NCBI RefSeq assembly: GCF_037042905.1
Contig: NC_087251.1
Location: forward strand, 13,828,001 to 13,892,000
Source of the DNA: Lytechinus pictus
Taxonomy: Eukaryota
Direction: 5' to 3'
Length of the DNA: 64,000 nucleotides
Part shown: one piece after another, positions 37,441-46,690 of the stretch
Layout of the letters: the number at the start of each line of letters is the position of its first letter
Position numbering within the stretch: position 1 is the stretch's first letter
Made by a program: the position numbers and the translations under genes
The notes under the pieces: model-generated
What the model was told of the DNA's origin: nothing
What the model saw: only the letters and a program-made list of their open reading frames with translations
The model's database searches: none

Positions 37441-39054
37441 AGTACTGCAGGAATTTTTTGTAAGGGTTATCATGTCAGTATATCAAAAAATTAAGTTCGT
37501 GCTTCGCGCTCGCATTTAATTGTTTGAGACACACAGTCTCTTCTTTATTTCAATAAAAACGCGCTTAGACTGTCCAGTTTTCAGGTCGGAATATCAAAAA
37601 TTTTGAGCTTGCGCTTCGCACTCTCATTATTTAATTGGTGATACTTGTATCCTCTTCATTAATTACTAAAAACAGTCCTAATAATTGAGTCCCTTTTCAC
37701 GTTACTATAATAAAATTTCGGCTCGCGCTTCGCGCTCGCATTGTTTAGTTGGATACTTATCTTTGTTCATGATTATAAAAACTGCTCAGAATCTTCAGTT
37801 CTAAGGACATAAAACATCAAAGAATTTTAGCTCGCGCTTCGCGCTCGCATTATATATCAAGACCACATGAGATACCTTAACTTGTTTATAACAATAAAAA
37901 CTAACATATACTTAAAACTTCAGTCTTTAGTTAGGACTACCCCCTGAAAAGCCAACAAAAAAATCAGATTATAGCGGCCAATCGAGAAAAAATTTTGATG
38001 AAAATATTTTTCGGCCCCCTCCCTATTGGCGAAAGCTTGATCCACCCCTGCGTTGGATGCAAATTAGACGCCTTTCCACCACTTGGATTTTTTTGGACTT
38101 TTGGTATGTCATTTTGGAGACTTCATGGAGATGCACTGTGTTGAAATAAATAGTATTGCCATTTTTACACGAGACCTGTATATCATAAAACAGTGATGTT
38201 TAGCGTCAATATTCCAAAATGTTAAGGTCATTGACCCTTTCTAGCTCTCCAGTGTAAAAGGTCAAGAGTTGTGAACATAAATACTTTCAAATGAACAGCG
38301 AGACGTAAATAGTGAATTAATCGTAATAATATTTACATCAAATTGGTAGAATTGGATAAAATTTTCACACTATTATCAATCTGGTGTGAGATTATTAATA
38401 GTTATAAAGATATACCCGGATTTCTGCAATATTACGTTCATGAAAACCACTGTTCCCTGTGTTGAAGCCAGTGTTGTAGTGCATTGGTGCTCGGCCTTGG
38501 CCTTAAGGCGCCTTAAGGCCTACCTTTTCAAATCCTTGGCCTTGAGAGGGCCTTGGCCTTGAGGATTTTGAGCCTTGACATTTCAAGGCATTGTCAAGGC
38601 ATTTTGTATTTTGTACTTTCATTTGTTTTAAATAAGTAATTATAAATGTTTCAATCGGTCTGTATATTTAATGACACTAATGGTCAATGCAGTCACTAGT
38701 AACAGTAGCAGCAGCAGCAGTATACAGTGAGTGTATATACTAGTCATCAATTGTAATTATTAAATCACCATTATCAAGAATTATCATCACATATATGTAA
38801 CAAAGAAAACAGCAGTGATGAAAATAGCATAATTTATTGGTAATGTGTTGTAATCATGACTAATGATGATAATGACAACTTAATAATAATATTAATAAAA
38901 AAAGGCACTTATATATATATCAAAATGGGCATTTTGGTGCAAACAGATACATGTATTTTCAAAATGAGATTATGAACTGTGTGAAGTAGTTGTGTGTTTT
39001 GTAGAAAATTAAGTTGAGCAAAGCCTTTTTAAAGTGATTTCTAATTGATGAGAT

Positions 39055-40563
39055 AATCCAGTTGAAACCAATTAGAGCAAAACCAATTGAAACCAGTTGG
39101 CCAACTGGTTTCAATAGGGAAATTGGAACAACTGGAACCAATTGAAACCAGTTGCCAACTGGTTCCAGTTAAGACCAATTGGGCAACTGGAACCAGTTGG
39201 CAATTGGTTTCAATTGGTTCCAGTTGAAACCAATTTAAGCAACCAGTTGGCAACTGGTTTCAATTGGTTCCAGTTGTTCCAATTTCCCTATTAAAACCAG
39301 TTGAATCCAATTGGAGGCAACTGGTTTCAATTGGTTCCAGTTGAAACCAATTGAAGGCAACTGGTTTCAACTGGATCCAGTTGAAACTAATTGGTGGAAA
39401 TTCCAGTTGGAATGACTTAATTAATGACAAATTAATTAGAATTTGCACTAACTATTGCTCATGCCAACAAAGAAGCAGTGCTATATGTTTATTAATACCA
39501 ATGTAAAGGGCATTGATAAAATAGACTTTCTTCATGTATATCTATTTATATGAAAGATCTTCAAATATATGTATTTGTATTTGATGTAATTTGGTAACAG
39601 TTAGTGGTGTACTAATTATCTTATAATCTGTTTTAATTATAATCTATAACATTTATGAAAATTGTTTTCACTGCTAAGCATTCTAAACACTTATCTGAAA
39701 CAAGTATGGTACTTGAATTAGAAAAGAATTAAATAGATACATTTTAAATGATGATGAATCACATAAAACATTAATCTGTGCACACTGGCAGATAATATGC
39801 AAATTAACTGGTTTCAATTGGAACCAGTTGGGTAACTGGAAAATTTCCAATTGGAAACCAATTGGAAGTCATTTCCAGTTACCCAACTGGTTCCAGTTAG
39901 GATTTCCAGTTACCCAATTGGTTCCAATTAGAAATCATTTCCAGTTACCCAATTGGTTCCAGTTAGGATTTCCAGTTACCCAACTGGTTCCAGTTAGAAA
40001 TCATTTCCAGTTAGAAGTCATTTCCAGTTAGAAATCATTTCCAGTTGGAAGTCATTTCCAGTTACCCAATTGGTTCCAGTTAGGATTTCCAGTTACCCAA
40101 CTGGTTCCAGTTAGAAATCATTTCCAGTTAGAAGTCATTTCCAGTTACCCAACTGGTTCCAGTTAGGATTTCCAGTTACCCAACTGGTTCCAGTTAGAAA
40201 CCATTTCCAGTTGGAAGTCATTTCCAGTTACCCAACTGGTTCCAGTTAGGATTTCCAGTTACCCAACTGGTTCCAGTTAGAAATCATTTCCAGTTAGAAG
40301 TCATTTCCAGCTACCCAACTGGTTCCAGTTAGGATTTCCAGTTACCCAATTGGTTCCAGTTAGAAATCATTTCCAGTTGGAAGTCATTTTCAGTTACCCA
40401 ACTGGTTCCAGTTAGGATTTCCAGTTGCCCAACTGGTTTCAATTGGTTTCAACTGGAAATTGTTATATTCCAGTTAAAACCAATTGAAACCAGTTGAAAC
40501 CAATTGAAACCAATTGAAACCAGTTGGAAATCCAACTGGTTTCAATTGGATTTTGGTCCTGGG
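39055..40563. mobile_element. EnSpm-type non-autonomous element, copy 2 (left TIR clipped), with 83-bp internal array
   Basis: Same central unique segment and right TIR as 32995-34775; first ~11 bp of the left TIR missing; GAAGTCAT recurs every 83 bp (40048, 40131, 40214, 40297, 40380). Confidence 0.9.
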
Positions 40564-41120
40564 AGGTTTTACTTCTCAGTGAGAAAGCGTAGCGAGCAAG
40601 CGGTTTTGAAAAAAAAAAATCAGTGAGAGATCAGTGGATATATTATATACAAGCCTGTTCGGGTTCCGGGTTCGATCCCCCCTTAAATCTTAAAAATCAA
40701 GAAAAATAGGGAATTGGAAGGGAAAGGGAAAGAAGGAAGAAGAAGGAATCGAACCCCCTACTAGAAAACCCTGGCTCCGCGCGGGGCCGGCCGGCTCCGT
40801 GGATTTAGGCCTATACTATCATTATTTTTTTGACGTGACCTTGCACACGCACACAGCTTGAAGCTGTGTGTGTGCATGGACTTTCGGACACTCAATTCCA
40901 CGCGACTAACCATTATGAATACGTTTCCAGAAAGGCGTTGCTAGGGCACTCTAAAACAACATGAACAAAGGATTTTGTTGTTTTACAGAAAATACATAAG
41001 TTGTCTGTGACAATTTACCACCTCCACAAGTTGTGTCTAAACGTGAAGAGGAGGTCGAAGGTCACGTCAAAAAAAAATAATGATAGTAGGCCTAAATCCC
41101 CGGAGCCAGGGTTTTCTAGT

Positions 41121-41333
41121 TTTTTTTTTTTTTTTTTTTTTTAACAAACGAGTGCACACCTAGTTACCAATAATGCATGCATATAGCATTTCCATTTATT
41201 TAAAAGCAGGATAAAAGAGCATTGTAGATTAAATGCCTTGCTCACGGGCATATATAAGTGCCGGGGATCGAACCCCGGAATTTCCATGCATAGGCAGGCG
41301 CTTTAGACCATTCGGCCATGGCACCTCCACAAC
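41121..41333 (-). mobile_element. tRNA-derived SINE
   Basis: Minus strand: A-box TGGCCGAATGG, B-box GGTTCGATCC, body GCCCGTGAGCAAGGCATTTAATC, poly(A) tail; flanking duplication CTAGT (41116-20, 41334-38). Confidence 0.85.
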
Positions 41334-41433
41334 CTAGTAGGGGGTTCGATCGATTCCTTCTTCTTCCTTCTTTCCCATTCCCTTCCAATTCCCTATTTTT
41401 CTTGATTTTGAAGATTTAAGGGGGGATCGAACC

Positions 41434-41622
41434 TAGTCTGCTATGCAGACTCTGAATGGCTCGTGAAGTGGGATCTGCAGCTGGTTTGCGAACCAGCCTG
41501 AAAGGGCGAGCGAAGCGAGCCATTTCAGATCTGCAGGCTCTAGTAGACCTAGTCTGCTATGCAGACTCCTTGAATCAGCTGTGATACACACACTACAGAT
41601 GTGGGTCTACAGTTGTAGACTA
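41434..41622. mobile_element. Miniature AcademH-like element (tandem dimer) with 9-bp TSD
   Basis: TAGTCT...AGACTA termini; 9-bp duplication GATCGAACC (41425-33, 41623-31); the end TAGTCTGCTATGCAGACTC occurs twice (41434, 41550). Confidence 0.7.
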
Positions 41623-41728
41623 GATCGAACCCGGAACCCGAACGGGCTTGTATATAATATATCCACTGATCTCTCCACCAAGCACAGCTAGTGGAGAGAT
41701 CAGTGATTATATATCCCGCCTTGTCATG

Positions 41729-42010
41729 GTGACGCAGAGCGATAACGTGGTGACGTCACTAAACTTAGTGGAAAGTCGTTTCCTTACGTCGAAGACGTGT
41801 AAAATAATGATACGTGAAGTGAAGATCTTAATGCAACTGATGGATATACTTGTTTCGGTGTTTCAATATTTTTATTTAATCAGAATGTTTTTAAAAGATG
41901 ATTGCACAAATTGCGCTAGAAATGAGCAACGTAAACCAAGCTATTTCCAATTATTTATTTGAGAAAAAGACTGCAGACATAAATTTAGACTAAGTTCATT
42001 ATCACGTGAT
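41729..42010 (+). promoter_or_regulatory. CRE/ATF- and E-box-rich promoter region of the bZIP gene
   Basis: Perfect CRE TGACGTCA (41751-58), TGACGCA (41730), several more ACGT cores (AACGTG, TTACGTC, GACGTG, TACGTG) and palindromic ATCACGTGAT (42001). Confidence 0.55.
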
Positions 42011-42281
42011 GCTCAACGATTGGCAAACGTTTTAGCACAATACGTTGATATGTACGTTTTGAGCGCGTGTACAATACACCGTACGTTTTGTACACGCATC
42101 TCCATAAGCCCACTGCCATTGACATTGCAACACATTCTGCCTGCCTGCTGTCATCTTCTGTATCTGTCCAGGTATATATGAACGATTTATCGAACAATAA
42201 TACCGGGTAACTGCATTGAATTTTATTTGTGTCCATCTTGTGAATATTATAAGAATGTATTTTCCTGATTCTACTTTCCAG

Positions 42282-43430
42282 ATGGTCGAGAGTGCTTTAT
42301 CTCCGCCTTACGACGGGAGCGAATTTCAGGATCTGTTTCCTGAACTGACTGGGGTGGAACCAGACGAAATGGTGGACATTGAATCGTTGGCTGATCATGC
42401 TGCATCGTCTTTGCAACAACAGCCTGATGACGTTGTAGAAAATCAGTCAGTTATGCTGAACGACAACGTTTCCATTCATTCACAAGATAGTTATTCAGAC
42501 AGGGGTTCAGTTTACGAGTGTGATGATGTTTCAGAGGGGGAGGTGGAGGAACATGAAGATGCTGATCAATTGCTGAGATACCTCATCGCTCCAGTCAGGC
42601 AAACTCAAAGTAAGACGAAGCAGCTGAGACACCAATCTTCCAAATCCAATGACTCTGAAAGATTTTCTGCTAGTTCTCGGGATCAGGGCTCGACCATTCA
42701 TCATATTCATACAGACTCCCCGCTGCCATCAGCTGTGGTGACAACACGTAAATACACTAGGAGTAGGAAGTCCATGTCTAAGGCCCGAAGAAACGGGCCG
42801 AAACAAATGCCAGCTTCTTCAACAACTTGCTTCACCGTTGTTGATGAGAAAGGGTCATGCCAAAGCATCCAAGGCCCAAACAGAAATGCTGTTATGGCCA
42901 AGTTAAATCGTGAGAGGAAGAAGCAGCTCATGGTAGAACTTGAAGAAAAGGTTGGACTTCTCGATACTGAAAATGATGCCCTTAAAAAGCAGAATGGCCG
43001 CCTACGAAAAAAAGTTGATATTCTAAGCCGAGAACTTCAATATGTGAAAAATGTTCTTGCAAACCAAAGCACGCTGTCCAGTCTTCTGAAAAATATTAAA
43101 GCAACAGGACTTGAGTTTCATACTTCAATGCCGTTGCAGTCCAACCCAAGCAGAGTTGCCAAAGGTATTTCACGTGTGAATCAGAAAAGAAAAAGGCAGT
43201 TTGATCATGACTATTGTCTTGAGCAGAATGATGATGAGTTCCAGCCTCCAAAAGTTGCCAGGTCTGGAAGTAAAGGGAAAAAAGTTGATGGTGAAACTGA
43301 TGCTAATGTGAATCTTTCAAACTGTGATGCAGTAGGAGGAGTTTGTCTTCATGTTTTAGGCGAGAATGTCTCACTCGAGTTCTGTTCAAAGTGCAGTGCG
43401 AAAGCAAACTTGGCTGGAAGCAGATGTTGA
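42282..43430 (+). CDS. CREBZF: CREB/ATF bZIP transcription factor (Zhangfei/SMILE-like), 382 aa
   Basis: Acidic N-terminus; bZIP RNAVMAKLNRERKKQLMVELEEKVGLLDTENDALKKQNGRLRKKVDILSRELQYVKNVLANQSTLSSLL; HCF-1-binding motif DHDY; C-terminal GGVCLHV....VSLEFCSKC typical of CREBZF. The ATG at 42282 directly follows a polypyrimidine-CAG acceptor, so the extra 22 codons in the ORF track are probably intronic. Confidence 0.92.
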   Translation: MVESALSPPYDGSEFQDLFPELTGVEPDEMVDIESLADHAASSLQQQPDDVVENQSVMLNDNVSIHSQDSYSDRGSVYECDDVSEGEVEEHEDADQLLRYLIAPVRQTQSKTKQLRHQSSKSNDSERFSASSRDQGSTIHHIHTDSPLPSAVVTTRKYTRSRKSMSKARRNGPKQMPASSTTCFTVVDEKGSCQSIQGPNRNAVMAKLNRERKKQLMVELEEKVGLLDTENDALKKQNGRLRKKVDILSRELQYVKNVLANQSTLSSLLKNIKATGLEFHTSMPLQSNPSRVAKGISRVNQKRKRQFDHDYCLEQNDDEFQPPKVARSGSKGKKVDGETDANVNLSNCDAVGGVCLHVLGENVSLEFCSKCSAKANLAGSRC

Positions 43431-46400
43431 GCCATTCTCAAAGAAGCACGATGAATGAGACGAGATCTCAGTCAAAGAAGCTGTTCATCACTGATCTTGG
43501 CCCTGGGAGTAATCAGATGATCGTGAACTACATGTATTTCATCGCAGAGCAGCATGTTGAGTGACTGAGGAACAGTGTCATTTTATGATTTGGGAAGCAT
43601 ATGGTCGGTTGTTTCTTACCTTTGATTAATGACGGTGAAAGTACAGTTGAATTCAGTTTTTTTTTCTCCATAAGCCATAACTCATAAGTTACTAGTATTA
43701 AGTTAATTCACAGACTTGTGCTCCGTATCTTAAAATCATTTGACTCAAAATACAAGAAAAACTCTTAACTACATATTGTAGTATTGACATGTAATAATTT
43801 ATATTATTAGATAATCGTAGGTTTATTCATTTCTTTCCTGTTTTGTAAAGAGAAGTCAATTGCAACTTGTGAGTTTTACTATATGTTGCATATGGCTTCT
43901 CTATTTTAGTAATTTCTTGTATACAATCTTGTTGAAGAACACTCACTAATCTTGCTTTCAGTTGGTCTCTTTTCTTCTGTCCTATGCAGGTCAATTGCTT
44001 AGAGAATTCACCACAGGCACACCTACATGTACACTGTCAAGGTCTCTGCTTTAGTGGATGATGTGGATGTATTCAACCTTTGTCTTCTCTTCAAAGACGG
44101 TGCCACAAAGACACACTAAGTTCATATGTGATGAACTCAAATGGTCGGTTAAGTCTTGTATCTTATAAGTGTGCATGAAAATGCGACTTGGTGTTGCATG
44201 ACCTTGTCTAAACATTTTTTTCTTATTTAGGCCTACTCTGCTCATATCATTCATGAAAATATGGTTATTAGATTTATCTGTTTAAGAGCAGCTCTTTTGA
44301 ATTTGAAGCTATTGAGAAAATGGTAACATGCCAAGTTGAAGTTATTTGGAGAGGAACAAAACAAAAAACACCAGACCAATAGGGATAAGCCTCCATGCAG
44401 TAGTTGGTACTCCTGACATAAACTTACTGATATGACCTGGAATCTACAATGGAAATGAGTTTTTACTTGTTCAGGAAATGATCAAATTGAATTCTACTTT
44501 CATTTGAAGGTCTCCAATTCTGTATATAAGCAAATGAAAATCAGCATAGGACATATGCTTTACAAAGTTTACAGTCCTAAAGGGTTAAAGATTTGAAATG
44601 GCAGAAAAAGAATTTGCTTCAAACTGATATCTGCAATTTTCAGGATAAAAATAAAGAATGAATTGATATTCAATTACATTGTATATTCAGTTGCATGTTT
44701 ATATTATTTAAAATAAAAAGATGGCATATGTCAAAAGTTGATTTTCATTTGTTTACTACCAATTGTTAAAGACAAGGTACTCTCAGAAATACTTGACTGC
44801 TTTATCTTCTCTAGGTGCTGTAATCCGGATCACCTGCCACAATTTACAGACTTCTGGTAAGGCATTTATTAACAATTTCCCCGGCCCCTACAGCTGCTTT
44901 TTCCCCTCCTTTTTTTCATCCCTCTGCATTATAGAGTTTTAACAAGTCAATTCATAGGTCATATGTGTTGATATTTTGTTCAATTTTTGAACTATTCATC
45001 GTATTTCTCCATTGATCATGTTAATTGAAATTAGACAAATCTTTGTTAGTCCATGGTATTTTTTTCCTTTTCATGAAGTATTTTAAGGGCTCATCATTTA
45101 GATTGTGTACAGGCCTGAAACTAATTTTTTTTTTGGTTCATTCTTGGTGTAAGTTCTATTGCGTATTTCAAATGTCAAAACTTCTTGAGTTTTTTTATTA
45201 TTTTTTTACTACATACATGTATATATGAATATAATATTGCTGGGCTACTGCCTGTTGAGTGTAATTCTATACCTGAATCATAGATGTGTACACAAAATTA
45301 AAAAGGGAAATACAAGCAAGATGTTATTTATTTTGTCACAATTGATACTTGTAAATATCAACGCTAAATTTTCATTTTGGTTGAGGTAAAACCTAAGGTA
45401 ATACTTTTTAATTGAATATTTACATGAATGAGTGTAAATTGAGCTTATCAAGTATATTGGCAAAAAATGACTGCATACTGTGAAGAATAAAATAATGATA
45501 TTGTACAGTTGAATTTTGTATTCGCAAACTATTTGGAATGTTGTTTTGAAACAATTCAGCAAAAAAAGTGAATAAAAAAAAGAAAGAAAAATAAGAGACA
45601 GTGTGTTGATATTGAAAAGCTTCAATTGTAAATATACCTTGAGTTGTATTGTATTGACACATTTTATTTCTTGCGTTTTTTCCTCCCACTCGCTGTGTCC
45701 GGGAACCTGTGTTCTCTTGATTTAACAACAAAAAGATTTTGGTAAATGAAAGCAAAAATGAGAAACAAATTCATGAGTGCTTGCGCCTCCTTGCACCCTC
45801 CTGAGGTCAAGTACACATGCTAGTAAACAGTAAGTATAGAGGTGAGTAAATGATAAGATAAAATGGGAATCGATGCATTTTAATTCCTGTGTTCACCTCC
45901 ACTATGATTTGTAAGATCAGTCAAAAAAAAAGTTCAAAATTAAACTTAATATTATTAAGTTGTCTATCTTCTTCCCCTTTGGTAAAGCCAGCTTTGATAT
46001 ATTTTTTTGTACAGTTGGCAGAATTGTTTTTCTAAAAAAACAGGTGTCTATATTTTACCCATAATAGATTCAATGTCCTGTCAGTAATATTTGAATTAAT
46101 ATATGTTTACAACTTTGTAATGTCCAAATCTGCAGAATCTGTTACAAAAGGTAACGCACATTGCTCTGAATTATTTTTGAAAAGTGTGCAGTCGTAATTT
46201 TACAATTTGTTACCAAAATGCAATAGAATTTAAAGCAATTCCTTTCCCTCCTGGCTTTAATACCAAACAATGGTCTAGCGTGAATTATGAAGGGAAAATG
46301 TTACTGTTAAAAAAAAATGATGTCTACCTTATCCTCGCATCTGTTTTTAGTCCATTTGAGAATGAACTTATTGGTGTACTTTTTTGTATGATTTTGGAAT

Positions 46401-46606
46401 GAAAGAAAAACTACATCTTCATCATTTTTTTTTTTTAGTGTTCTTTTTCGTTAAGTTGGTAAAATCACCACAAGATATATTTGTTTTCTTTTTTTTCTTC
46501 TTTAAATCTAAGATGTGCATTGCCTGCTCTATATTGAATGTCCTTCATTGATGTTTGTTGGGAGGATTATGTACACTGTACAAATGTGAAGATTACATAA
46601 GCCTTG

Positions 46607-46690
46607 AATAAAAAGCTTGTGATTCTGTATGTAAATAAAAATGTTCTTTGATCTTGTACATGATATTAACATAGAGTTGTTTGTTTTAAT
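46607..46690 (+). terminator. Probable polyadenylation site of the CREBZF-like gene
   Basis: Two AATAAA (46607, 46634) followed by GT/T-rich GTTGTTTGTTTT; ends a ~3.2-kb AT-rich stretch with no recognisable transposon after the stop. Confidence 0.4.

Larger units (their letters stand above)
23271..37466. mobile_element. Large (14.2 kb) non-autonomous EnSpm/CACTA-type element
   Basis: TIRs CCCTTACAAAAAATTCCTG(T/C)AGTACT at both ends; 2-bp TT duplication (23269-70, 37467-68); ~1-kb subterminal arrays of AGTATCACAG/AGTACTACAG motifs at both ends; no transposase ORF visible. Confidence 0.8.
22776..38050 (+). mobile_element. CAGG..GGATCC-type non-autonomous DNA element, split by the 14.2-kb insertion
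   Basis: Left end CAGGCGCGGATCCAGG (22776), right end TTGATCCACCCCTG (38050); 5-bp duplication CGTTG at 22771-75 and 38051-55. GCTCGCGCTTCGCGCTCGC-type subrepeats on both halves (22776-23270, 37469-38050), and the halves rejoin across the insertion. Confidence 0.75.
40625..41673. repeat. Long inverted repeat (~230-bp arms); right arm carries two insertions
   Basis: 40625-40852 is the reverse complement of 41058-41673 once 41121-41333 and 41434-41622 are removed. Confidence 0.85.

Noticed and set aside
41240..41330. tRNA gene on the minus strand
   Set aside because: A and B boxes are present, but they are followed by a SINE body, poly(A) tail and TSD, and no intact cloverleaf forms.
42216..42281. 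N-terminal 22 codons of the 404-aa ORF
   Set aside because: Starts at TTG and reads through a polypyrimidine tract and CAG acceptor, so it is probably intron. The in-frame ATG at 42255 cannot be fully excluded.
43425..43700. Selenocysteine read-through of CREBZF (..RC-TGA) with a SECIS, or a C/D snoRNA just after the stop
   Set aside because: The nearby hairpin lacks the UGA/GA quartet and is too close to the stop; no proper RUGAUGA box C pairs with the CTGA words.
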